Source: an uncultured Poribacteria bacterium (lineage in GTDB: Bacteria; Poribacteria; WGA-4E; WGA-3G). From it: DNA of 64,000 nt. Location: assembly GCA_951813565.1 (NCBI GenBank), contig OX638351.1, positions 3,072,001-3,136,000 on the forward strand, in the 5' to 3' direction. Made by a program: the position numbers and the translations under genes. Of this stretch, positions 9,305-19,880 are shown in pieces. Below the pieces are notes generated by a model. That model made no database searches and had not been told where the DNA came from. It saw nothing but the letters and a program-made list of their open reading frames with translations. Each line of letters begins with the position of its first letter. Position 1 is the stretch's first letter.

Positions 9305-10212
9305 TGAACATCATGTCTTACCGTCTCGCAAACTTTGCTAAAAATGCAATTTCAGTCGCTATCTACTTACTCGGCATTCCGTTGCTCATCCGAGAATGGA
9401 TCTGCCGAAACCGTGTTGCAATCCTTTTGTACCACGATGTGCAGCCGGAAGTATTCACAAGGCATATCGCGTATCTCTCGCGTCATTATGCAATTATTTC
9501 ATTGGAGACACTTGTTTCAGCCATCTACAAAAAAGATTTTTCCGAAATTCCTCCAAAAAGCGTTGTGATTACGATAGACGATGGTCATGCAGGCAACGTT
9601 ACGCTTTTACCAATTATCAAGCAGTACCGCATTTGTCCAACAATCTATGTATGCACACAGATTATCAACACACATCGGCATTTTTGGTTCAGAATACCTG
9701 ACCGATCCAAAAAAGTACGTTTAAAAAAACTACCGAATGCAAAAAGATTAAAACTCCTGAAGCAGGAGAATAACTTTAAGCCTAAAAAAGAATATCAAGA
9801 TAGGCAAGCACTTAATATAGCCGAAATGAAAGAGATGAGACAAGACGTTGACTTTCAACCACATACCCAATTTCATCCGATCCTGCCACAATGTACGGAA
9901 ACAGAATGTAAACAGGAGATTCGTGGAAGCAAAACGGATTTAGAGAAATATTTAGGGATTGAATGTCTCCATTTCAGTTATCCAAATGGGGATTATACTG
10001 AACGCGAGATTGAAATCGTCAAAGCAGAAGGTTTCCGTTCTGCACGCACGACAGATTTAGGGTGGAATAGTATCAATACATCACCTTATAAACTAAAGGT
10101 TATTTCAATCAGTGATGATGCTGGACTTGTCCACTTTCGCGCAGAACTGACAACAATTCCACAACGGCTTGGTAAATGGGTAAATTCTTTGTTATGGAGA
10201 AAAACGAATTAA
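9304..10212 (+). CDS. Polysaccharide deacetylase (NodB-like)
   Basis: LLYH, ITIDDG, HTQFHP, FSYPNG. Confidence 0.9.
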   Translation: MNIMSYRLANFAKNAISVAIYLLGIPLLIREWICRNRVAILLYHDVQPEVFTRHIAYLSRHYAIISLETLVSAIYKKDFSEIPPKSVVITIDDGHAGNVTLLPIIKQYRICPTIYVCTQIINTHRHFWFRIPDRSKKVRLKKLPNAKRLKLLKQENNFKPKKEYQDRQALNIAEMKEMRQDVDFQPHTQFHPILPQCTETECKQEIRGSKTDLEKYLGIECLHFSYPNGDYTEREIEIVKAEGFRSARTTDLGWNSINTSPYKLKVISISDDAGLVHFRAELTTIPQRLGKWVNSLLWRKTN

Positions 10213-10892
10213 CAAAATGGCACCGTGCCTACATTCAGAACGCTTATCACGAATTGGAACAAGGCATAACACGAAAGCAACTTGGCACACTCAATATCAA
10301 AACTACTGACAGAAAGGTGTTGGATGTTGGGTGCGGTCCAGGAAACCTCCTCGTCGCGCTATCTGCAGACACCCCGCAGCTCCTTGTCGGTGTTGATGTA
10401 GATGCAACCTTTTTAACGCTTGGGCGTTCCAAAATAGAGAAATTAATTACCCCGCCTTCAAAAGTTCCTACCTTGATTTGTGCATCACTTCCGACCTTAC
10501 CTTTTGCGGATGAAACTTTTGATCTCGTAACCTGTTTCCTCGTTATGCCGCATGTGCCTGATGATAAAGTTGCCTTAACCGAACTTGCACGTGTCCTAAA
10601 ACCGGGAGGCACACTCGCTATCTCTGGACATGGATTAGGATTTCCACTTCGCTATCTTAAACGTTTCAGGTTGAAACCGTTGCGGATGTATCTCGCCAGT
10701 TTAATTTATAGATGTACAGGTAAAAAGTGGATACGAAACACGCTTCAAAATGAAAAGCAGATTTGCAACATTTTAAACGACATCGGTTTAACCATAGATG
10801 TCCGAAACTACAATAAAAAAGTACTTGGATGTGTCGCCACCTATTGGATTAGGGCAACCAAAAGCGAAACAATTCCTAATGCAACACAGTAA
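10176..10892 (+). CDS. Class I SAM-dependent methyltransferase
   Basis: VLDVGCGPG, LPFADETFD, RVLKPGG. Confidence 0.9.
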   Translation: MGKFFVMEKNELTKWHRAYIQNAYHELEQGITRKQLGTLNIKTTDRKVLDVGCGPGNLLVALSADTPQLLVGVDVDATFLTLGRSKIEKLITPPSKVPTLICASLPTLPFADETFDLVTCFLVMPHVPDDKVALTELARVLKPGGTLAISGHGLGFPLRYLKRFRLKPLRMYLASLIYRCTGKKWIRNTLQNEKQICNILNDIGLTIDVRNYNKKVLGCVATYWIRATKSETIPNATQ

Positions 10893-11680
10893 TAGGAAAA
10901 TAGAGAGAACTTGCCTCGGTTTAATACGACCAGCAGAAAGCGCAATGCGATATAACCGATAATAAACGAGGTAAACATTCCAGTTCCTATGATATAAAAT
11001 GGAATGGCGGTGTTTTCAATGTCCGATATTTTGAGCGCCACTGCACCGAGTATTGCAGGAATTGAGAGTAGAAAGGAGTATTCTGCAGCAGTTTTAGCGG
11101 GAATTCCCAAAAATAGAGCAAGCGAAATTGTTGTTCCTGAACGCGAGATGCCGGGTGTAATAGCACATCCTTGGGCAATTCCAATAAGCGGCGCGTGCCA
11201 GGTTTTCACTTCACTATTTGAAGAATCGGCACTATCCATATTCCCTCTACGGAGGCGAGGCAATTGAAGGATGATACCGGTAAGGATTAGCATGATGCTC
11301 ACGATGTGGACTTTATCAAAGAAGGACTCTAACTGTGTCTTGAACAACACTGCGATGATGCCTGTAGGAATAGACCCAAGCAGAATCAACCAGATAAACC
11401 TGAGTTCAACTGATGCGTTAACCGTTGTAATCGGTTTTCGATAAAACTGAGCATTTCCAAGCGTTGATAGCCCGCCAATCACTAATCTTCCTATTGCGCC
11501 ACGATATGCGACAAGTACAGCCGCTAATGTCCCTACGTGTAGCATTACATCAAAAAAGACGAGTGATTCTTTTAATCCGAGGTATTGCTGTGCTAAGACG
11601 AGGTGCCCTGAACTACTAACGGGGAGAAATTCGGTTAAACCTTGTAAAATGCCCAGAACAATTGCTTCAAGTAATGTCAT
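10841..11680 (-). CDS. uppP: Undecaprenyl-diphosphate phosphatase (BacA)
   Basis: GILQGLTEFLPVSSSGHL and PGISRSGTT; likely ATG at 11680; 3' end overlaps the convergent methyltransferase gene. Confidence 0.95.
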   Translation of the reverse strand: MTLLEAIVLGILQGLTEFLPVSSSGHLVLAQQYLGLKESLVFFDVMLHVGTLAAVLVAYRGAIGRLVIGGLSTLGNAQFYRKPITTVNASVELRFIWLILLGSIPTGIIAVLFKTQLESFFDKVHIVSIMLILTGIILQLPRLRRGNMDSADSSNSEVKTWHAPLIGIAQGCAITPGISRSGTTISLALFLGIPAKTAAEYSFLLSIPAILGAVALKISDIENTAIPFYIIGTGMFTSFIIGYIALRFLLVVLNRGKFSLFSYYCVALGIVSLLVALIQ

Positions 11681-11688
11681 ATTGCATT

Positions 11689-12498
11689 TTACGCCTGGCG
11701 AAATCCTGTCTCTGTGCGATGCCAATTCTGTCCTTCGTCAGGGTGACGAAAAGGTATGTTTCTACCCAATAACTGTTTTAATACGTCACTTTCATCTGCT
11801 AACACATCATCAGTCAATTGCCGAGGCATATCCTCTTGTGGATAGATGACAGAGCGATTATACATGCCGAGTAACCCAACACGCTGTGTGTCCGTTGTGT
11901 TCGGCAGACACTGATGCCAGATCGCACCGTTTGTGAATAGGATAGAACCTTTTGGTGCGATTGCAACACTCATCTCAAGTCCTTCTGCTTCACCCAATTC
12001 CGGGCGGCGGAGCGTTTTGTGTGAACCTGCAATACATGCCGTTGCACCGTTTTCTGCTGTGAAATCGTCTAACATCCACACCGTTTGTCCTGTCAGTGAA
12101 CCGGATGGAAACGGGGCTTGCATCGCCCAATACGGGTAGTCAATATGCCAACCGCCTGCAGGTGCGCCCGGTCCGACGATGTTTGCTGTGAACGTGGATG
12201 CAATCACATCCTCACCGAGCATCCGTTTCCACACTGCCACCACGGTTGGATGCTGAATCAGCCTCCGAAAAATGGGTGATTTGCCTACAATTGCCCAGAC
12301 GCGTCTGATTTTAGCGTCACCATAACTGTGGTCATGTCCATTCGCGATGTCCTCTTCAACCAGCTCCCAAATAGCCTCACGTGCTTCGTCTGCTTCCTCA
12401 TCTGAAACCACATTCTCAATAATGTGAAAGCCAATTTCGCGTAGGTCATGTTCAACAAGGTCAAGTCTTTCTGAATTTAATGCGGATTTAATTTGCAT
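11689..12498 (-). CDS. Phytanoyl-CoA dioxygenase (PhyH) family protein
   Basis: WHID, WMLDDFT.ENGAT..GSH, IWH. Confidence 0.9.
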   Translation of the reverse strand: MQIKSALNSERLDLVEHDLREIGFHIIENVVSDEEADEAREAIWELVEEDIANGHDHSYGDAKIRRVWAIVGKSPIFRRLIQHPTVVAVWKRMLGEDVIASTFTANIVGPGAPAGGWHIDYPYWAMQAPFPSGSLTGQTVWMLDDFTAENGATACIAGSHKTLRRPELGEAEGLEMSVAIAPKGSILFTNGAIWHQCLPNTTDTQRVGLLGMYNRSVIYPQEDMPRQLTDDVLADESDVLKQLLGRNIPFRHPDEGQNWHRTETGFRQA

Positions 12499-12515
12499 TA
12501 TGTCTCACCTCTATA

Positions 12516-13508
12516 CTACCGAATACGCGGTAGGTTACGAATTGTCTCAATAATCTGATCTTCTAAGTCATCTGCATCGCTATCTGGTACTCGATTGTGT
12601 TTATCCATCCACGCAATATTTTTTGCCACGCTCTCAGTTACCAGAATTTGTGGACTGAATTCGGGTAACGCTGCCGCTAATTTCTCATGACTGAAAATTT
12701 GTGTATGTCCGAAGTTACCACGAAGTCCACTGAACCGTTCTGGTGACATCGCAATAAGTGTCTCTTGAGATACATGCACTATTTCTATGTCAACGCCAAG
12801 CGCTTCTGCAGCAGCACGGTGCCATTCATCCCAAGTGCGTGCTTGCGGATGGACAAGGTTGTATATTTCTCCAAAACATTGAGATTTTCCAAGGATTTCT
12901 GCAAACGCATTACCTGCATCTCGTGATGCAAGGAATTGGAAATAGTTTAGTCCATCGCCAGCGGAGAGGATCGGTTTTCCCTTGCGCAACCGGTCAATCC
13001 AACCACCGTCTCCTCCCACCTGCCGAAGAACATCCATCCCAGGGCCATGTGTATAAGACGGTTTGAAAATGGTTACAGGAAATCCATCGCGTGCATGTGC
13101 TTCTAATAAAAAGTTATCTGCAGCGACTTTTCCGAGTCCATAGCCCGATGTGCCTTGCAACGGTGCTGTTTCTGGTAGATTAATTCCACTGAACGGTGGC
13201 CCATAAGTCATCACGGTGGAGCACTGGACGAAATGTCCGACGCGTCCCTGACATGCACGTAATGCAGACGCGGCGTCTTCAGCATTGAAACTAATCATAT
13301 CAATGACAGCGTCCCAGTTTTCTGCACCGACTTTTGCCTCAAAATCGTCGCGATGTTGTCGGTCACCAAGAATCACACGGACATCTGGCGGTGGTGGGTC
13401 AACATGCTGTCCGCGGTTGAAAAGCACAACTTCGTAATTTCGGTTTTGCAGTGCCGCTACAATTCCACGACTGATGTTGCCTGTTCCACCGATAACTAAG
13501 ACTTTCAT
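12516..13508 (-). CDS. NAD-dependent epimerase/dehydratase
   Basis: VLVIGGTGNIS Rossmann motif and YGLGK. Confidence 0.88.
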   Translation of the reverse strand: MKVLVIGGTGNISRGIVAALQNRNYEVVLFNRGQHVDPPPPDVRVILGDRQHRDDFEAKVGAENWDAVIDMISFNAEDAASALRACQGRVGHFVQCSTVMTYGPPFSGINLPETAPLQGTSGYGLGKVAADNFLLEAHARDGFPVTIFKPSYTHGPGMDVLRQVGGDGGWIDRLRKGKPILSAGDGLNYFQFLASRDAGNAFAEILGKSQCFGEIYNLVHPQARTWDEWHRAAAEALGVDIEIVHVSQETLIAMSPERFSGLRGNFGHTQIFSHEKLAAALPEFSPQILVTESVAKNIAWMDKHNRVPDSDADDLEDQIIETIRNLPRIR

Positions 13509-13599
13509 TTGTTAGATGTCTCCTTTATCAATACAATATCCATTTGATCTGTCTACTATTGTCTTGTTTATGCTAAACATATAGACTTTCTTGAGAATT

Positions 13600-13917
13600 T
13601 TATTCAAAATTGTTGTTCACCTGCACGACAGTCTTATTACGTTTTCGGCGTGAAAAGGAGATACCACCGAATCCACTAATGATGGCGATGTAAAAACCGA
13701 AGTCGTACCACCATCCACTGTTTTGAGGTTCATAGACGCGAATATCCGAATTGAATATACTCCAGATTAGCGAAACCGGTGCAATCCATCCATGCCAAAT
13801 TCCCCAGAAAAATTCTGCAGGTTTCTCTGCGGTATGCTTTCCGTCACCAGGGATGCATCCTACAACCGTGATAAGTGTTATGAATAAAATTAGGCAAATT
13901 ACCTTTTGAGTGTTCAT
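13600..13917 (-). CDS. Small membrane lipoprotein of unknown function
   Basis: Lipobox-like VVGC, FFWGIWHGW, WYDFGF. Confidence 0.7.
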   Translation of the reverse strand: MNTQKVICLILFITLITVVGCIPGDGKHTAEKPAEFFWGIWHGWIAPVSLIWSIFNSDIRVYEPQNSGWWYDFGFYIAIISGFGGISFSRRKRNKTVVQVNNNFE

Positions 13918-13921
13918 CTTT

Positions 13922-14923
13922 CTACTCTATGTTCATTTCAAGTTGTGGATGATCTACATCAACGATTGCTCTTGCTAAAGCCCAATCTAATCGGCGTCGG
14001 TAGTGTCCGTCACGACGTAATCCCTTGAACGCTGTCAAAAAAACGTCGTGAGTTTTTTCTCGGATTGTTGCTAACTGACCATTAAGCATATCAATATCCA
14101 CAGGCCACGGCACACCGATTTTCGTGATTGAACGGCAGTGTGTCCGCACTTTATACTCACCCAATTCTTCTGGTGGACAAAAACGGATAGAGGCAGAAAC
14201 GGTGTTATCTATAGCGATGAGTCCCAGATTTCCTTGCGGTTCATTGAACACAATGCTACGGTTGTTAGCAGGCAATGGCAGATGTTTTCGCAATTCTCTA
14301 AGTTTTCCGAGCAGTTGATTATTGCGCCATACCCTTACATCCGATGTTTCGTGCGGCGCAAACAATGCAAGGCCTACCGGATGTTCAGTGTCATCAAACA
14401 TATAGCTTGTCTTTTTCCCATCATTATCTGGTGTTGTTACATTTTGCGTTTGTGGAACTAAAGAGATAAAATCGGATAACCGATGCAGGAACAGGCTACT
14501 CCGAATGAATGCTTCAGGGATAATTGCTGCGACCCATTCACAATGTGTCAAGCATTTCTCAAGCGCATATTTGTAAAGATCATCGTGGTTAGTTGCTTCT
14601 GGGAAAGGCAAACCTCGGCGTGTTGCGGAGTTGCGAGCAAGCCACGGTGGATTGGTAATGCAAACATTAAATCCTTTAGGAAAGTCCGCGAGTGTGTCGC
14701 GTTGCACAACACCTTTTGCCCCTGGCTCAATATCGTAAAACATCCAATCTTGACACCGTAAATATGCTAAGTCAATCAATTGCGGAATGTCCTTAGCACC
14801 TGCAAAAGGTTCTAATACGATCTGTTGTTCTAAATCAGAATCTTTTGCCCACCTATGGAACGGTTTCAGTCGAAAAGGATTTCCGCGGGTGTAGTAGCGG
14901 CCATTCGCACGTTTTTTGTCCAT
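13922..14923 (-). CDS. Orphan amino-DNA methyltransferase-like protein
   Basis: GRYYT, LEPFAG (motif I), ITNPPW (motif IV), IIPE. Confidence 0.7.
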   Translation of the reverse strand: MDKKRANGRYYTRGNPFRLKPFHRWAKDSDLEQQIVLEPFAGAKDIPQLIDLAYLRCQDWMFYDIEPGAKGVVQRDTLADFPKGFNVCITNPPWLARNSATRRGLPFPEATNHDDLYKYALEKCLTHCEWVAAIIPEAFIRSSLFLHRLSDFISLVPQTQNVTTPDNDGKKTSYMFDDTEHPVGLALFAPHETSDVRVWRNNQLLGKLRELRKHLPLPANNRSIVFNEPQGNLGLIAIDNTVSASIRFCPPEELGEYKVRTHCRSITKIGVPWPVDIDMLNGQLATIREKTHDVFLTAFKGLRRDGHYRRRLDWALARAIVDVDHPQLEMNIE

Positions 14924-15133
14924 TTTCTACTTTTGTCTTATCTATCCAATTTTGTTTCAAAGGATGGAGAACTTTTCTGTAATTTACACATATTCGCGTA
15001 ATATATCAAGCAGAATTTAATAAATATCTTCAACATCCCTTTACAATGTAAAATAAATTTGACAAAACTTGTTTTACCGTGTAGTATATTAGTCAAATTT
15101 AGATTGTTTGGGGTAAAACCGAGTTAATATATT

Positions 15134-16186
15134 ATGAAAATGAGTCTCAATATCATAAAACAAAGATTTAAAGTGTTAGTCAGCGCGTGTTTATTTTTGT
15201 CTTTCTGCGCTGTATATGTTGAAGCAGCAACGCGTGAATACTGGATTGCTGCCGAAAAAGTTGTTTGGAATTACGCACCGAGCGGAAAAAATCTTGTCCG
15301 TCCGAAAATGGGATTAGGTGTTTGGGGTAAGGTGCTCACATACCATAAATATCGCTACATTCAATATACTGATGACACCTATACTAAACAGGTTGAACAA
15401 CCCGAGTGGATGGGTATCCTCGGACCGCAATTGCGTGCCGTGGAAGGCGATAATATTAAGGTGTATTTTCTAAATCGTGCCGACAAACCGCTCAGTATTC
15501 ATGTACACGGTTTGCAATATGATGAGGCAAACGAAGGCGCTGATATGAAAGGACTTGGAGCCGCTGTTCCACCGGGTGGTACGTTCACTTATCATTGGGA
15601 AGTTGGGGAAGACGCTGCACCCGGTCCAAACGATCCATCATCCATCGTCTGGCTTTATCATTCGCATGTTGACGCGGTTACAGAGGTGTACGATGGACTC
15701 ATCGGCACAATTATTGTCACTAAAAAAGGGATGGAACGTTCCGAAAAGGATGCACGTCCAAAAGATGTTGATAAATCGTTTACGACACTATTTCTTATTT
15801 TCAATGAAAACGAACGCGAAATAGCCGATAGTGCATACTACGAAGCTTATAAATCTCCCGAAGAAGCCGAAGAAGGAAATCTTAAACATGCAATCAACGG
15901 ATTTATCTTCGGAAATTTGAAGGGTTTAGAAGTGAACCAAGGAGATAGAGTACGTTGGCATCTTGTGGGGTTAGGCACTGAAGTAGACATGCACACGGCG
16001 CACTGGCACGGGCAAACCGTCTTAAATAGTGGTAAACGCACAGACGTTGTTGATCTGTTGCCGGGCAGTATGGTCACCGTAGATATGGTAGCGAGAATGC
16101 CGGGGAATTGGCTTTATCATTGCCACGTTGCTGACCATATTACAGCGGGAATGAATACACGCTGGCGGGTCGTGCCGAAACATTAG
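15134..16186 (+). CDS. Secreted two-domain multicopper oxidase (ceruloplasmin-like)
   Basis: Signal peptide, REYWIAA, SIHVHG, WLYHSH, HTAHWHG, WLYHCHVADHITAGM. Confidence 0.9.
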   Translation: MKMSLNIIKQRFKVLVSACLFLSFCAVYVEAATREYWIAAEKVVWNYAPSGKNLVRPKMGLGVWGKVLTYHKYRYIQYTDDTYTKQVEQPEWMGILGPQLRAVEGDNIKVYFLNRADKPLSIHVHGLQYDEANEGADMKGLGAAVPPGGTFTYHWEVGEDAAPGPNDPSSIVWLYHSHVDAVTEVYDGLIGTIIVTKKGMERSEKDARPKDVDKSFTTLFLIFNENEREIADSAYYEAYKSPEEAEEGNLKHAINGFIFGNLKGLEVNQGDRVRWHLVGLGTEVDMHTAHWHGQTVLNSGKRTDVVDLLPGSMVTVDMVARMPGNWLYHCHVADHITAGMNTRWRVVPKH

Positions 16187-16438
16187 CCAGACAGGGGCAA
16201 CAACTCTGAACTTATTATCACTTTATCTGTCATAAAACTATGAAGGATGGGTATAATAAACAACCTTGATTATGCTTAAAGGTAGTAGGCACGCTCCGCG
16301 TGCCGTACACAGATTGTTTTAAATAGACGACAAATTACAGAAGCCCTTTGGCGTTAATTTGACAATGAATTGCGCTATTACGAACGCCGTAAATATAAAT
16401 AGAAACGTATAGGTGTTTTAGATTTAACAATAGAGGAG

Positions 16439-17455
16439 ATGACTATGTTTAAAAACCGATCCATTTTATTCAATTACTTTTTATCTATCTTTCTGTTGCT
16501 CACACTCATCGGGACAGTGCATGCCGAAACGATAACACTCTATTCGGGACGTAGTAAGAGTCTCGTTGACCCAATTATTCAGCAGTTTGAAAAAGAGACA
16601 GGCATTGAAGTAAAGGTAAGTTATGCTAATACGACTCAGTTAGCCGCTAAACTTCAGGCCGAGGGTGAAAAAAGTTCCGCATCTCTATTTTGGGCACAAG
16701 ATGCTGGTGCGCTTGGTTCTGTCAACAAGAAAGAATTGTTCACAAAGCTGCCGGAATCAATTCTTATGAAAGTTCCGAAGACCTTCCGTCACGCTGATGG
16801 ATTCTGGGTTGCGACAAGCGGTAGGGCTCGCGTCCTTGCTTATTCCCCTGAGCGCGTAAAAATTGAAGCACTTCCTGAAAGCGTGTTTGATTTAACGCAA
16901 CCGAAGTGGCGTGGCAAAGTCGGTTGGGCACCGCTAAATGCCTCATTCCAAGCGTTTGTAACAGCGATGCGTGCACAAGTTGGTGAGGAGCGCGCCGAAA
17001 AATGGCTACGCGATATGAAAGCCAACGGCGCAAAAACCTATCCCAAGAATACACCGATTATAGAGGCACTTGCTGCAGGGGAAATTGATCTCGGTTTGCC
17101 AAACCATTACTACCTCTTCCGTTTTAAAAAGAGAGATTCAAAATATCCAGTGGAACAGACCTTCTTTAGAGCAAACGATCCAGGCAACCTTGTGAATGTC
17201 GCTGGAATTGGATTGCTGAAAAGTGGCGAAAACAAAGAAACTGCTCTTAAGTTCATTGAATTTCTTCTCTCGGCTAAAGCACAACAGTACTTTGTCAGTG
17301 AGGTTTTTGAATACCCTGTGACTGAAGGTGTGATACCGAATGCCAAATTATTGCCATTAGAAGATTTACTCAAAATAGTGCCGACATTTGATTTAAATGA
17401 AATGGATGATCTTGAAGGTACCATCAAACTGCTTCGACGGGTCGAGATGATGTAG
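16439..17455 (+). CDS. Fe(III) ABC transporter substrate-binding protein (FbpA/FutA-like)
   Basis: LYSGR, AEGEKS.A, RARV..Y, NHYY, EYP. Confidence 0.9.
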   Translation: MTMFKNRSILFNYFLSIFLLLTLIGTVHAETITLYSGRSKSLVDPIIQQFEKETGIEVKVSYANTTQLAAKLQAEGEKSSASLFWAQDAGALGSVNKKELFTKLPESILMKVPKTFRHADGFWVATSGRARVLAYSPERVKIEALPESVFDLTQPKWRGKVGWAPLNASFQAFVTAMRAQVGEERAEKWLRDMKANGAKTYPKNTPIIEALAAGEIDLGLPNHYYLFRFKKRDSKYPVEQTFFRANDPGNLVNVAGIGLLKSGENKETALKFIEFLLSAKAQQYFVSEVFEYPVTEGVIPNAKLLPLEDLLKIVPTFDLNEMDDLEGTIKLLRRVEMM

Positions 17456-17579
17456 ACAGAAATGGAAATTGATTGTTGAGATATTGAGGTGAATCATCAA
17501 TACGCAACGCACCTTAATAATTCAAGTTGGACAAAGATGGTACTTCTTCATTCCTGCAATCATTATTGCTGTCGGTGGG

Positions 17580-19049
17580 TTGATTCCATTAGGATATCTG
17601 ATTGCCAAAGCGTTTGATGTTGAGGGCACTGCGCTGGTGGAAAATCTGTTTCGCTGGCGAAACGCGAAACTTTTTCTCAACACGCTTTTGTTGACGGTTG
17701 GCGTTCTTATTTTTGATATTCTTTTGGCAACCCCTGCGGCATGGTTGACCACCCACTCGGACCTCCGAGGTAAACGGATTTTTAGCGTCTTATGCGCGTT
17801 GCCTTTAGCTATCCCAGGCTATGTGATGGCTTACGCGCTCTTGGCACTTGGAGGAAATAACGGTATATTTGCCGCACTTTTTGGTAAAAGCCTCCCACGT
17901 CTTAGCGGATACTGGGGGGCTTTAATCGCGCTCTCCTTCTATACAAGTCCATATCTCTTTCTGAATTTACGCACAGCACTCTTAGGGCTTGACCCAAGTC
18001 TTGAGGAATCAGCACGAAGTCTCGGTTACCGACAGTGGGACGTTTTCATACGTGTTATCCTTCCACAACTTCGTCCCGCATTCTATGCAGCCGGAATGCT
18101 CATCTGTTTACATGTGCTTGGTGATTTTGGTGTTGTTTCGTTGATGCGTTACGAGACATTTAGTTATGCGCTGTACATTGAGTATAACATGGCGTTTGAG
18201 CATAACTACGCTGCATGGTTGGCGTTGATACTTCTTGCCTTTACGGGTTGCCTACTCTATCTTGAAACACAATTGTTAACTAAAGTAACGCTCCATCGTG
18301 CAGGACATGGCACTTCTCGGCACCGGACCTTAATCCCGCTGGGTAGATGGAAAAGTGCGGGTTATCTTTATTTAAGTTTACTGTTCGTTGCAACTGTCGG
18401 GATACCTGCAGCGACTGTTTTTCTTTGGCTGTTCAAGGGGTTCGAGGTATCAGCATTAGATGGCGTGTTGGAATCACTGGTCGGTTCTATAGGGGTTGCT
18501 GTTCCATCCGCGTTATGCTGTGCAGTTTTAGCTGTTCCATTTGCATATATTGGTGTGCGTTATTCTTCACGTTTCTCAAACACGTTAGCGCGAATTCCGT
18601 ATATCATTTACGCTATACCACCGCTTGCATTTGCACTATCATTCATCTTTATTGTGGGAAGTACTGAGACTATATTTTTACTAATCTGCGCGTGTATTCT
18701 ACACTTCCTTGCAGAAGCGACAGGACCCGTGCGTAGTTCACTCTACCAAGCTTCACCCCACTTGGAGGAAGCTGCGCGTTCACTCGGATGTTCACCTGTC
18801 CAAGCATTTCTCAGGACGCTATTTCCACTCCTCACACGCGGCATGTTGGCTGCCACTGTCCTCGTTTTCCTCGCCACAATGAAAGAATTGCCGCTGACCC
18901 TCCTACTCCGTCCCCCCGAATATGAGACTTTAGCAGTTAACGTGTGGGATTACACAGGAGAAGCAATGTTCGCTCAGGCTGCCCCCTATGCATTTGTAAT
19001 CCTGATTTTTTCAGCCCTCTTTATCGGCACTCTCATCCACAAAGAGTAA
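17580..19049 (+). CDS. Fe(III) ABC transporter permease (FbpB-like); true start uncertain
   Basis: Two EAA loops (EESARSLG, EEAARSLG), DFG, KELP. Confidence 0.88.
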   Translation: MIPLGYLIAKAFDVEGTALVENLFRWRNAKLFLNTLLLTVGVLIFDILLATPAAWLTTHSDLRGKRIFSVLCALPLAIPGYVMAYALLALGGNNGIFAALFGKSLPRLSGYWGALIALSFYTSPYLFLNLRTALLGLDPSLEESARSLGYRQWDVFIRVILPQLRPAFYAAGMLICLHVLGDFGVVSLMRYETFSYALYIEYNMAFEHNYAAWLALILLAFTGCLLYLETQLLTKVTLHRAGHGTSRHRTLIPLGRWKSAGYLYLSLLFVATVGIPAATVFLWLFKGFEVSALDGVLESLVGSIGVAVPSALCCAVLAVPFAYIGVRYSSRFSNTLARIPYIIYAIPPLAFALSFIFIVGSTETIFLLICACILHFLAEATGPVRSSLYQASPHLEEAARSLGCSPVQAFLRTLFPLLTRGMLAATVLVFLATMKELPLTLLLRPPEYETLAVNVWDYTGEAMFAQAAPYAFVILIFSALFIGTLIHKE

Positions 19050-19122
19050 AATGACACAATTTTCAACAATTCTTGGACATATTTGTCTAATTCTGATATA
19101 ATGCGGACATGTAATTTGGTGA

Positions 19123-19836
19123 TTGTATGTCAGTCATCGGTTACCGACATTTCGTAATACCTGCATACACTATGGAAAACATACTTTGTTAGAATTTTTC
19201 ACATTACCGTCGTTTACCGCGCTTGGTGGAAATGCGCTCAGAATACTCCTCTCATTTGTGCTGAGTGTATTTATTGTGCTTATTTATCAGTGGACACATG
19301 CCAAAGCGCCACAAAAATCTTTTACCGATACCCTCATCATCCTTTGCATGTTAATTTCAGTGGTGATGGTCATAATTGGCGATAGCATTGCAAGAGCATT
19401 TAGTCTTGTCGGGGCGCTTTCAATTATTCGTTTTCGCACAGCAATCCAGGACCCGCGCGATATAGGATTTGTTTTTTTCGCGTTAGCAGCGGGTATGGCT
19501 GTTGGTGCTGGAAGTCCAGCAGTTGCAATTCTCGCTACGTTCCTTATAGGGATTATTATCCTTTGTATGTACCATTGGCATCAACATTTTGCAAAGGATA
19601 ACGAATTTACGCTTGAAATTTGTCTGCTTCCCGACCAACAATCCGAAACCGTTTATCGTCCAATTTTCAATAAGCACATCACCTATGAACGTTTAATTGA
19701 AAAACGGATAAAAAAATCACAAGTAGTTGAATTGAACTTCCGTGTAAAATTGGCAAAGCCTAATGAGTGGCTCACATTTTATAATGAACTCTCTAAACAT
19801 GAAAGCATCACTGAAGTTAAATTAGATCAGGAATAA
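19123..19836 (+). CDS. DUF4956-like membrane protein
   Basis: IGDSIARAFSLVGALSIIRFRTAIQDPRD; adjacent to a CotH gene. Confidence 0.8.
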   Translation: MYVSHRLPTFRNTCIHYGKHTLLEFFTLPSFTALGGNALRILLSFVLSVFIVLIYQWTHAKAPQKSFTDTLIILCMLISVVMVIIGDSIARAFSLVGALSIIRFRTAIQDPRDIGFVFFALAAGMAVGAGSPAVAILATFLIGIIILCMYHWHQHFAKDNEFTLEICLLPDQQSETVYRPIFNKHITYERLIEKRIKKSQVVELNFRVKLAKPNEWLTFYNELSKHESITEVKLDQE

Positions 19837-19880
19837 AATACGGACCTCCTTATTTTGGAGTTGTCTAAACCAAAAATGGA

